Assembly: GCA_963766075.1 (NCBI GenBank)
Contig: CAVYAN010000116.1
Span: 1 to 15,536 of the forward strand
Reading direction: 5' to 3'
From: an uncultured cyanobacterium
GTDB taxonomy: Bacteria > Cyanobacteriota > Cyanobacteriia > Leptolyngbyales > Leptolyngbyaceae
Length of the DNA: 15,536 nucleotides
Shown here: piece by piece, positions 6,138-13,969 of the stretch
How the letters are laid out: the number at the start of each line of letters is the position of its first letter
Numbering within the stretch: position 1 is the first letter of the stretch
Notes under the pieces: model-generated
The model's database searches: none
What the model saw: the letters and a program-made list of their open reading frames with translations, nothing else
Told to the model about the DNA's origin: nothing
Made by a program: the position numbers and the translations under genes

Positions 6138-6826
6138 ACCACTTGCCTGGGGGAAAATGGGAATTTGATGCGGGTGTTACGGAGTGCTTTGAGGATATGC
6201 TAGAGCGCTCCATACCCCAGTATGAAACCATGAGAAATACTGTTTTCTCAATGGGGCAAAGGTTCCTTAAGCCAGGAGCCACGGTCATTGATTTGGGATG
6301 CTCCAAGGGTGGGGCGATCGCGCCTTTTGTGGTAGAGCACCCGGAGACGCATTTCTTAGGCGTTGAGATTTCTCAGCCCATGGCGCAAGCGGCCCGCGAT
6401 CGATTCCAAGGGTTCAACAACGTTTCTATTGAGGAAATGGATATTAGGCACAGTTATCCGGCCCAGCCTAACGTGTGCCTAGTAGTCTCAAACTTGACAA
6501 TCCAGTTCACGCCGATAGAGTATCGCCAAGGAATCATCCAGAGGATTTACGATTCCTTGGTGCCGGGAGGCGGCTTTGTTTTGATTGAAAAGATTTTGGG
6601 TGAGTCTGCGAAAATAGATTCCATCCTTGTCGAAGAATATTACAAGTTCAAGGGGGGAAGCTATAGCCCAGAGTCCATCGCCCGCAAGCGTCTCAGCCTG
6701 GAAGGCGTCTTAGTTCCGGTAACGGCCCGCTGGAATGAAGACTTGCTGAAAGGCGCTGGGTTTCATGAGGTAACCTGCTTCTGGCGGTTCCTCAACTTTG
6801 CCGGGTGGCTGGCGATCAAAGCTTGA
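6119..6826 (+). CDS. cmoA: Carboxy-S-adenosyl-L-methionine synthase (CmoA) homologue
   Basis: WEFDAGV..FEDMLERSIPQY, DLGCSKG, NLTIQF, GGGFVLIEK, YSPESIARKRLSLEGV, AGF..W..LNF align with E. coli CmoA end to end, including the Arg equivalent to R199. Confidence 0.88.
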   Translation: MAESSVNHLPGGKWEFDAGVTECFEDMLERSIPQYETMRNTVFSMGQRFLKPGATVIDLGCSKGGAIAPFVVEHPETHFLGVEISQPMAQAARDRFQGFNNVSIEEMDIRHSYPAQPNVCLVVSNLTIQFTPIEYRQGIIQRIYDSLVPGGGFVLIEKILGESAKIDSILVEEYYKFKGGSYSPESIARKRLSLEGVLVPVTARWNEDLLKGAGFHEVTCFWRFLNFAGWLAIKA

Positions 6827-8336
6827 TTTTTAACCGTGATTCAAAGGCGGCGATCGCCTGATCTACCTTACCCATTCGGGAGCCGTCTGGGTAAGGTAGA
6901 TTGAATTCAAATTCAATAGCCTGTCGAAGCTTCTCTGGCGTCCAAATTGAATTCTTTGCCATGGCGCAACAAGTATCGCCGTGAAGCTTCACAGAAACAG
7001 TACTGAATCCTGTCTTTATCAGTTGATAAAGCTCTTCTGTGGTGTGATACTTCTGTACTTTGGGCGACTCGTTAAAATCCCCCAGGATAATCCCCGGCTC
7101 ATACTCAAGCTTGAATCGCAGTGTTTCAGCGTGGGTAGCGTTGAATTTTTCCTTAACTGCGGCCATCTGGTAATTAGCGTGAACCTCATGCATGGTCGCG
7201 ACATAAAGAGTCGTTTTCCGAGTGCAGAGCGCGGAGCAGATTTGAATGATATGCTCTCTGTCCGCCTTGAAGGGAACAGAATTGAGAACTGAGCTGATAA
7301 AGATTGAATCGAACTTGACGCCAGCGCTAATCCGAGACAGAAATAGTTCGACACATTTCAGCGACTCAGTTTTTGAAACCTCATTGCCAATGACTCGGTA
7401 CGGCTCAAAACTGACGACTGAGAACCCTGCGTTCTCAAGCATTTTTGACTCTGTAAGGTGACCCGCGCCAAAGTCTAGAACTGACTGACCATAGTTCTTG
7501 GCCCATAGAGCCTTATGCTCTGGCTTGGATATATCGAAATCTCCTAACCGAGTCGTCTTGACTAGCTTGAAAACAAACCCTCGCCCCAGGGATGCCCTAG
7601 TGGCTCTCGCCCTGCGGAAACTTGAGAAGCGCAGGTGATCTTCATAGTGCTTTTCTAGGGTGAAATTCATGCTGATCAAGTTCAGACCCAGCCTAGCCAA
7701 TTCGGCCTCTGCACTGCTCAGGAAAACAGCTTCAAAGAATTCAACTCCCTTCTCTAGCAGGTATTGAATTCTTCCAATTCCGTTCACTATTTGCAAATCG
7801 TCTTCTTCGAGAATGATTGGCATCACAACGTCATTCTTAAAAAGTGCCCTGGCAGTATTGCGGGCATAATTGACAGATCGCCCAGAATTAGCGTCCCAAA
7901 TCTTTTTTAATTTAATTGTCTTCGTGTGCAGGCATGGATAATGCCCTGATTTCACTGGAAGATTATTAACCAGTTCTTCGTATTTATCCGCATCAAGCTT
8001 GCTCATTGAAGAATTAGAGTTTTCCGTGATGCTAAAATCGTTCGTTCCTCTATTGAAAAGAATGTTAACGGCCTTCCGTTTGTTCACCGCCATTTCAGGC
8101 AATTCAATAAACGGAACTGCCTCATATCCAAGGGACTCTGCCGCTAGACTGCGTTGGTGTCCGCTGATCAGTTCAAATTTTCCATCCTCTCTCCTGACGC
8201 CATAGAGAGGCAGAAGCCAGCCCAATCGACTTAAGCTGTGCTGCAATAGCCTAAGCCTATACGGATCTGTCTCACGGGGATTATAAAGGGCTGGAGCTAG
8301 GTTGGTTAATAGCTCCAGCCTTGGGGAATACTTCAT
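6816..8336 (-). CDS. Tandem ParB/Srx-like domains fused to a class I SAM-dependent (putative DNA) methyltransferase
   Basis: YNPRE...LISGHQRSLAA and MPIIL...IVNGIGRI (two ParB-like cores); VLDFGAG (motif I); FDSIFISSVLNSVPF. Confidence 0.8.
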   Translation of the reverse strand: MKYSPRLELLTNLAPALYNPRETDPYRLRLLQHSLSRLGWLLPLYGVRREDGKFELISGHQRSLAAESLGYEAVPFIELPEMAVNKRKAVNILFNRGTNDFSITENSNSSMSKLDADKYEELVNNLPVKSGHYPCLHTKTIKLKKIWDANSGRSVNYARNTARALFKNDVVMPIILEEDDLQIVNGIGRIQYLLEKGVEFFEAVFLSSAEAELARLGLNLISMNFTLEKHYEDHLRFSSFRRARATRASLGRGFVFKLVKTTRLGDFDISKPEHKALWAKNYGQSVLDFGAGHLTESKMLENAGFSVVSFEPYRVIGNEVSKTESLKCVELFLSRISAGVKFDSIFISSVLNSVPFKADREHIIQICSALCTRKTTLYVATMHEVHANYQMAAVKEKFNATHAETLRFKLEYEPGIILGDFNESPKVQKYHTTEELYQLIKTGFSTVSVKLHGDTCCAMAKNSIWTPEKLRQAIEFEFNLPYPDGSRMGKVDQAIAAFESRLKIKL

Positions 8337-9121
8337 TTGATTTTCAACCTCTGTTTTATACCAGCTTCTAATTGCTGCTTGTCCAGACCATAGGTTTCAC
8401 GTAATTCCGCCAAGAAGTCTTGATAGTTCCGGCTCGATACTTTGAAAACGATTTCACCAAACCCGAACTGAACATTGTCCGGATCGTTTTTGGGCTTTGG
8501 ATCTGGATCTAATCCATCGTTGAAATCGTTGTCTCCTGCCGCCAGTAGAAGCGCTAGATCATCTTCATCAACTGTTACTGGCAATTCGTTCTTTACGGCG
8601 ATCGCCTGTAGCAGTTCGATATAACTTTCTTCCCAAATCTCGGCGATCGCCTCGGCGTTAAAATCGCCGCCAGCCATCGTAAGGTTATTGTGGTCGATTG
8701 CAGCCGCGATCGCCTGGGCCTCGGATGTGGCATCTACACCGAATTTGATAGGAATACACCAATCGCCAGTTTTAGGATCGATGGGAATCCCCCTAGGAAT
8801 GTCTGAGCCGTCTTCCTTGGCCTCCAGCAGCGCCCTAACGAGCATTTCTGTCCGGCCATTGCCGTAGACCAATCCTCCTTTTCCGCTGTTCAGGTTGGCA
8901 TCCCATTTGGGCGGATCAATGAAGCCGTACCGCTGAATGGATTGCAGAACCCCATCTAGATCGTGTCTTTTGGCGTTATCGCTCCAAAGTACATCGTCAA
9001 GAGTGGAGAGGAATGAAAGAGGAACAAACCGAATCTGGACGGCATCGCCCTGGACCTCGGATGGAGCCAGGGATAAGCTCATGATTTCATGCTGCTGATT
9101 CTGCGGTTTTACTTTGGGCAT
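8333..9121 (-). CDS. ParB/Srx-like N-terminal domain protein (start reassigned to ATG 9121)
   Basis: NAKRHD...SIQRYGFIDP...VYGNGRTE...AIDHN; acidic linker; ATGA overlap with the downstream MTase. Confidence 0.75.
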   Translation of the reverse strand: MPKVKPQNQQHEIMSLSLAPSEVQGDAVQIRFVPLSFLSTLDDVLWSDNAKRHDLDGVLQSIQRYGFIDPPKWDANLNSGKGGLVYGNGRTEMLVRALLEAKEDGSDIPRGIPIDPKTGDWCIPIKFGVDATSEAQAIAAAIDHNNLTMAGGDFNAEAIAEIWEESYIELLQAIAVKNELPVTVDEDDLALLLAAGDNDFNDGLDPDPKPKNDPDNVQFGFGEIVFKVSSRNYQDFLAELRETYGLDKQQLEAGIKQRLKIK

Positions 9122-9129
9122 GGTCACCT

Positions 9130-9375
9130 TTATTGAAATAAGTTTAGCTGCTGCCCTTCGGTGCAACCGACACAGAAATTGTCAACCACACCGCGATCGC
9201 AGCTCACCACCAACCGTTCCCGACCGCTGCAATGGGGGCAAACCCAATCGCGATCATCGCTTGCCCATGAGCCGCCTACTGAGGACAGGATCCCTAAGTT
9301 ATGCCCAGGGTAAAGGCTCCGGGCTTTTTGCATTGCATTGCTGATCAAGTTCACGCGATCGGGCTTGGTTTTCAT
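9130..9375 (-). CDS. Zn-ribbon protein with C-terminal beta-clamp-binding-like motif
   Basis: CPHC...CVGC; ends QQLNLFQ; TAATG coupling to the upstream gene. Confidence 0.65.
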   Translation of the reverse strand: MKTKPDRVNLISNAMQKARSLYPGHNLGILSSVGGSWASDDRDWVCPHCSGRERLVVSCDRGVVDNFCVGCTEGQQLNLFQ

Positions 9376-9893
9376 TAGTTTAATCCTGCCGCTAGGGCTT
9401 TGCTGGTGTTTTCGGTGATCTGCACGATGGCATCCAGCACTTGATCGAAAACCTCTTTCGGTAGCGACGCTTCCAGGGCATCAACAACTTGCCGCAGTTC
9501 TGTTTCAACACCTTGTTCAATCTGCACTTGAACAGGCGCATCCAGACCCAACAGTTTGCGGCGGGATTCATTGATTTTGATCGCAGTAGCGATCGCCTTT
9601 AAGTTACCCTTGCGGACCTCTCCTGCAATTTTGAGTAGGTAGTAGTCCAGGCGTTCTAGTTCAAGGGCGATTAACTCTTCTGCTGAGTTTTTTCGGACAG
9701 TGGTAGCCTCTTGCAGTGCTGCACAAACGTCCTTATAGGCGTTTGATTTGCTGTAGGCAGGTTGATCGTATCTAGCCGCGATCGCCGTAGCTATTGATTC
9801 AAAGGTGGCCCCTTCCCGCCGCATATTGAGCGCGGTTAACCTGCGATCTGCCACCTTGATTCGACCTGGGGACGTTTTTGATATGGATGCCAT
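9375..9893 (-). CDS. Putative terminase small subunit / HTH protein
   Basis: RRLTALNMRREGATFESIA HTH; ELELERLD; AIKINESRRKLLGLDAP, a pattern common in phage small-terminase-like proteins. Confidence 0.65.
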   Translation of the reverse strand: MASISKTSPGRIKVADRRLTALNMRREGATFESIATAIAARYDQPAYSKSNAYKDVCAALQEATTVRKNSAEELIALELERLDYYLLKIAGEVRKGNLKAIATAIKINESRRKLLGLDAPVQVQIEQGVETELRQVVDALEASLPKEVFDQVLDAIVQITENTSKALAAGLN

Positions 9894-9936
9894 CTGAAAC
9901 AGTGTCTAAGCTTTAAGTTTCCTGTAGTTCAATTTG

Positions 9937-9980
9937 GCATAATTATGCTTGATTGATCTCTTTATCTGAGGAAATCCTCA
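9937..9980. promoter_or_regulatory. Divergent intergenic control region: palindromic -10-like element and RBS-occluding hairpin
   Basis: GCATAATTATGC (9937-9948) gives CATAAT on both strands; TGAGGA-aa-TCCTCA (9967-9980) covers the gpL SD. Confidence 0.4.
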
Positions 9981-9981
9981 A

Positions 9982-10674
9982 ATGCTTCCGGGAAATCTTT
10001 GGTCATTAACTCCAAACACGTTCATTGAGTTGTTTGAAATCAGCAATTACAACCTGGATGACCCAGAGGAAACCTTTAGGTTTTGCAACTATACGGGAGT
10101 CAGTTACAGACTGACACCAGAGTCAGAACCGCATGAATACCCGGCGATCGGGTGTGAGTCAGAGGGTTATGAGCTGGTCGGGCAAGGGCCGATCCCTCAA
10201 CCTAAAGTAACGATTTCCAACGTGGGGCGAGTGGTTAGCGATTGGCTGTACTTGCTGAAATACGATCCTCGCCATCGGCTTGAGGGAGCAACGGTAACCC
10301 GCCGCCTCACCCAGGCCCCATTCCTGGAAGGTGGCGAGGAATACCTGAGCGCAGTTCGGGAGCTTGCCCCGGCCATTTTTTTGATCGAACAACTGGCTCA
10401 AGAGTCCTACAAGGCTTGCCAGTTCATCCTAGCCAGCCCCTTTGATTTGGAGGGTGTAACCCTGCCAAATCGCCCCGCCTTGCGAACCTGCCCCTTTGCC
10501 TATCGCGGCTCCTACTGCGGTTATACAGGTGTGGGAGCGTTTACCAGGGCAAACCAGGTAACAACTGATCCGCGCCAAGACATTTGTGCCAAGACGATCG
10601 CCGCCTGTGAGCTGAGATTCCCTACAGGTAATCTGAGGTTTGGTGGGTTCCCCGGTTTGGGTGCTGTACGGTAA
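9982..10674 (+). CDS. Phage minor tail protein L (lambda gpL-like)
   Basis: IELFEI, PKVTISNV, GATVTRR, LASPFDLEG..LP.R, CPFAYRG..CGYTG, DICAK...C.LRF, FGGFPG; four C-terminal Cys (Fe-S ligands in gpL). Confidence 0.92.
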   Translation: MLPGNLWSLTPNTFIELFEISNYNLDDPEETFRFCNYTGVSYRLTPESEPHEYPAIGCESEGYELVGQGPIPQPKVTISNVGRVVSDWLYLLKYDPRHRLEGATVTRRLTQAPFLEGGEEYLSAVRELAPAIFLIEQLAQESYKACQFILASPFDLEGVTLPNRPALRTCPFAYRGSYCGYTGVGAFTRANQVTTDPRQDICAKTIAACELRFPTGNLRFGGFPGLGAVR

Positions 10675-10675
10675 A

Positions 10676-10710
10676 ACCGCGATCGCCTTTTGAGTTGGGG
10701 CGATCGCGGT
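10676..10710. terminator. Hairpin between convergent genes built from two HIP1 sites
   Basis: ACCGCGATCGCC-ttttgagttgg-GGCGATCGCGGT. Confidence 0.6.
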
Positions 10711-10714
10711 GGCT

Positions 10715-12160
10715 CTATGATTCAAGATCTTCACTTTCCCTAAATAGCCTTTCAAGTTTTTGAACGTTGGATTCGGGGGGCTTGCTTGAATCGGTTGGCG
10801 GTGGGGACGTTGGAGTGGGGTTGGATCCTATGGAACCCGGTTGGGGTGCCATGGGGTTGGGAGGCGGGGACTGGGGACCGTTAGGGGTGTAACTGGTAGG
10901 ATTACCCTCTAGATCCAAATCGGGTAGGCTCCCAGCGAACCAGCGACCTTTTGCATAGACTAGGGCAGGATTTTTGACCGCACTGAGTAAAGCCGACAGC
11001 TCGGCTCTAAGCTGCTCGTTTTGCCGGGTTCCCAGTCTGTAGAAAGTGGTATCGGCCATGATCTCACCGATCGCCGTACCGGGAAAGATGGCAACGGCTT
11101 TACTGCGATGCTCCTGTGGGATGAATTCAGCCGCCGCCATGGAAACAGAAACGCCGATTAACCGCCGCCGAATTTTTCGGGTAAATGTTGAATATTTAAG
11201 CATCCACGGCCCAACAATATCCCGAACCCTGCCGCGTGATTCCCGGATTCTTTTCTTATTGAGCGATCGCAGCTCGGACAGGGTATCCGGCGCTTCCTCC
11301 ATGATGGTTACACGCTCGGGAAACTCATTGCGCCCACCGCGAAATTCTGAAGCCTCGGATTCAATGTCGAGCAAATCCTGCTCCATAGAATCTAGGATTT
11401 GCTCGGCGTTGCACAGAAGGGTGGCCCCTTGCCATTCCGAGGTTCGCCCGTAGGCATCCCATGCCCGGATCTGGGCCTTAAGGACATGCTTGGACAGCCA
11501 CTTAACAAACTTGGATTTGCCCGCGCCCATGCCGCCGATGACGACGACGACCGGGAAACGATCTATGTCCTTAAGATCCTCCCATTGGAAATAGAGTGGG
11601 TTTTGGGGTTGGGCTGGATAGGCGATCGCGGGGTCTGCCTGCCCTGGTACGGGTTGACCTTGCATGGGCTGCTCCAAACCGGGCTGTCCCGTTGGGGATT
11701 GATACCCCTGCTGCTGCATACCCGCCAGCATTGCCGGATAGGCGATCGGCATGGGGTTCAGCATCCGCTCAATTTTTTGCATCTCCAAACGAGCGGGCAG
11801 GGTCCGCACCATGGCCTCAGCTTCCATCTGCAACACGCGCTCACGATAGGTAAGCTCCCGCTCCATGTCGTCCTGGGTTTGGATTTCCTCAAGAGCATTT
11901 TCGTGCTCGGCTTCAATGCACACCATTTCGGCGGTTTTGTGCATTGCCCAAAGCTCAGAGGGGATTTCACCTTTCTGGGCATTACGTGCGCCCCAGCCCG
12001 CCGCCGCTAGGCCCAGCACTAGGGGAGCAATCCGCCACGGGCGAGGGGTGGAAATCGTTACGCCCAGCAAGGCGATCGCAGCGATCGCACATCCAAAGCT
12101 AACTGCCGCCCGCCGCTCAGACAGGAAGCGGGCTTCATCGGCGGACATTGATGCAGTCAT
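10715..12160 (-). CDS. Membrane-anchored P-loop ATPase, FtsK/HerA/coupling-protein-like
   Basis: Two N-terminal hydrophobic helices, coiled coil, Q/P linker, Walker A GGMGAGKS, Walker B VTIMEE, RK motif, Pro-rich tail. Confidence 0.75.
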   Translation of the reverse strand: MTASMSADEARFLSERRAAVSFGCAIAAIALLGVTISTPRPWRIAPLVLGLAAAGWGARNAQKGEIPSELWAMHKTAEMVCIEAEHENALEEIQTQDDMERELTYRERVLQMEAEAMVRTLPARLEMQKIERMLNPMPIAYPAMLAGMQQQGYQSPTGQPGLEQPMQGQPVPGQADPAIAYPAQPQNPLYFQWEDLKDIDRFPVVVVIGGMGAGKSKFVKWLSKHVLKAQIRAWDAYGRTSEWQGATLLCNAEQILDSMEQDLLDIESEASEFRGGRNEFPERVTIMEEAPDTLSELRSLNKKRIRESRGRVRDIVGPWMLKYSTFTRKIRRRLIGVSVSMAAAEFIPQEHRSKAVAIFPGTAIGEIMADTTFYRLGTRQNEQLRAELSALLSAVKNPALVYAKGRWFAGSLPDLDLEGNPTSYTPNGPQSPPPNPMAPQPGSIGSNPTPTSPPPTDSSKPPESNVQKLERLFRESEDLES

Positions 12161-12525
12161 TTGATCACCTCCGGTAAGACCTCGGCATAGCAGATGAGTT
12201 GATTGGCCAGCATTCTGGCCACTTGCAGATCCTTGATCGCTGTGACCAGATCTCGGCGGCAGGTTGCAGCAAAACAGTCCTCTGCCGCCGTGCGAATCCA
12301 GAACGCGAACTGGCCGTTTACCTCGTCTGGTAGCACTTTCAGCAAACCAGAGATCAACATGTGGTAACCCTCGATCAAATCCTCTAGACCTGATTCTTCT
12401 TTAACAATAATGAGGGCGTAGTTCATACAAAGGCGATTCACCGCTTCATGAGCATTTAGGCGATCGCCCGTTAGCGGTGGATGATACCGAAACATTTGGG
12501 TGATCTGGGCTTCAGAATAAATCAT
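12157..12525 (-). CDS. Acb2/Tad1-hairpin-like protein (putative anti-defence nucleotide sponge)
   Basis: N-terminal MFRYHPP...AHEAVN and C-terminal AIKDLQVARMLANQLI resemble the family FxYHxP...A..KLEEA.MWAN.AI consensus. Confidence 0.5.
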   Translation of the reverse strand: MIYSEAQITQMFRYHPPLTGDRLNAHEAVNRLCMNYALIIVKEESGLEDLIEGYHMLISGLLKVLPDEVNGQFAFWIRTAAEDCFAATCRRDLVTAIKDLQVARMLANQLICYAEVLPEVIK

Positions 12526-12528
12526 TAC

Positions 12529-12936
12529 TTAGATACCTAGGATTAATTTGATAACCAGGGTCAACAGATAGAGTAGAAATACATCGGTTAAGAAGTCGGC
12601 GATCGCTACCCTAAAGTTACGCCTAAGGCGGGGGTTCTGAACATTTAGGATCGGCTTGTAGCGGGCAATCTGAACCGCTTCAATAGTTTCGGCGTCATAC
12701 ACTGACACGCAAGTTTGATAGTACAAACGAACGCCCCAAAAGCGAGAAATTGAACCGAGCTTTTCGTGATTCTGCCAACGCTTTTGAAGGGAATCAGCCT
12801 TGCCGATGTAGACCACAGGGGCCAAGGGGTTCCACCATTGGATCGCGTAATAGACTCCCGGTTTCGGCGGCAGATCGTTTCGGCGGCGCAGGGGAACAGA
12901 GGGTTTGAACGTGAGGGGGAGTAGTAGGCGTCGCAT
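12529..12936 (-). CDS. GIY-YIG nuclease with C-terminal transmembrane helix
   Basis: LPPKPGVYY...VYIGKADSLQKRW.NH...E...I..YKPILN; hydrophobic tail FLLYLLTLVIKLILGI. Confidence 0.85.
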   Translation of the reverse strand: MRRLLLPLTFKPSVPLRRRNDLPPKPGVYYAIQWWNPLAPVVYIGKADSLQKRWQNHEKLGSISRFWGVRLYYQTCVSVYDAETIEAVQIARYKPILNVQNPRLRRNFRVAIADFLTDVFLLYLLTLVIKLILGI

Positions 12937-12944
12937 GATTCCCC

Positions 12945-13175
12945 CTACACAACCCAGATGATGATGCCTGCAAGAATTGCCCCGGCGCTTAAAAAGCCAT
13001 AGGGTTTCAGCTCATCACCTAGGAGTAGGGTAAATCCCAGGCTTGCGAGAATCATCGCGGGCATAATAACGATCCCCCTTGGAAGCGCTGAAAGAGCGCC
13101 ATGAAGTAGGGCCGACAGAAAAACTCCGGCGATTAAAAAACAGACGATTTTCAGCACTTCTAAGAGTTGGGTCAT
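12945..13175 (-). CDS. Small membrane protein (~3 TM, 76 aa)
   Basis: Almost entirely hydrophobic; ATG 13175 forms an ATGA overlap with the upstream peptide ORF. Confidence 0.65.
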   Translation of the reverse strand: MTQLLEVLKIVCFLIAGVFLSALLHGALSALPRGIVIMPAMILASLGFTLLLGDELKPYGFLSAGAILAGIIIWVV

Positions 13176-13282
13176 GGTCTTGGTTTTCCCCAAAGGGCTA
13201 AGTGGAATAGAACGGCAAAGGCGGCAACAGCGGTAAAAATGAGGGCAATTTTTGCCGCTGTTGCCAGTATCAGGACTGGCAT
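13172..13282 (-). CDS. Unannotated 36-aa single-TM peptide MPVLILATAAKIALIFTAVAAFAVLFHLALWGKPRP
   Basis: Starts 3 nt after the upstream stop (13286) and ends in an ATGA overlap with the next gene, filling the operon gap exactly. Confidence 0.65.
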   Translation of the reverse strand: MPVLILATAAKIALIFTAVAAFAVLFHLALWGKPRP

Positions 13283-13285
13283 AAA

Positions 13286-13966
13286 CTAACCTGCTCGGCG
13301 CTCAAATTTGAGCACACGCCCAGAAGTAGGGGTGTAGGTCGGCTCCTTGGCTTCAGGACTACTGACCTGTCCTCGGGCTGCTCGGTAGCGTTCCACCAGA
13401 GACTTTTTGGCAACAGTGGCCTTGGTGTTTTCGAGCGCGGTCTTTTCACCGAACAGCGCGTTTTCGTAACCAGTCGCATTCTCATGCTTGGTGTTTTCTA
13501 GGTTTATACCTAACTCAAGCCGTAGGCGCTCCAGGGCTTGAGCGTTGGCGTCACGGTGGTTCAGAACGCCCATACGGGTATTGTGCCCGTAGGTTTCCTG
13601 ATTCAACTTGACCTCGGTTGCCGCTACGTTACCGCGCGATCGCATCACGTTCTTGGCCAGCTCAAGCCGTTGGCGCTGAACTTCCTCCCAGGTTTCGAGA
13701 TTTTTGGTCTGAGTAGTTACGTACTGTTTCCAGTGCTCCAGAAGTTGAGTTAACGCCGCCCCATCGCCCTGGGCGTTGTTAACGTCTTCTGCGGTTAGGT
13801 TGCCCCAATTGACAGTCCACGGCAGGGCGTCTGTCCAAGCCTGCACATCGCTCCATCGGGCATTAGCAATGCCAAACCGGGAGCCGCTGTCTGAACTGCT
13901 GCTGCCATCGGCTTCAATCCCAACAGTCTCGGCGGCAGTTGCAAAAATGCTTTTCTTCTTAGGCAT
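13286..13966 (-). CDS. Coiled-coil hypothetical protein (226 aa)
   Basis: GGAGG RBS; heptad-rich helical sequence; tightly packed in operon. Confidence 0.75.
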   Translation of the reverse strand: MPKKKSIFATAAETVGIEADGSSSSDSGSRFGIANARWSDVQAWTDALPWTVNWGNLTAEDVNNAQGDGAALTQLLEHWKQYVTTQTKNLETWEEVQRQRLELAKNVMRSRGNVAATEVKLNQETYGHNTRMGVLNHRDANAQALERLRLELGINLENTKHENATGYENALFGEKTALENTKATVAKKSLVERYRAARGQVSSPEAKEPTYTPTSGRVLKFERRAG

Positions 13967-13969
13967 GGC

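Noticed and set aside
6119..6826. cmoA as an ordinary host tRNA-modification gene
   Set aside because: No cmoB partner, and it is embedded among phage genes; a tRNA role cannot be excluded but the context argues against it.
6981..8205. Short ORFs overlapping the ParB-MTase gene
   Set aside because: Antisense or out-of-frame shadows of a motif-bearing 506-aa CDS.
12945..13282. Holin/lysis cassette
   Set aside because: Small TM proteins are holin-sized, but no endolysin or spanin gene is adjacent.
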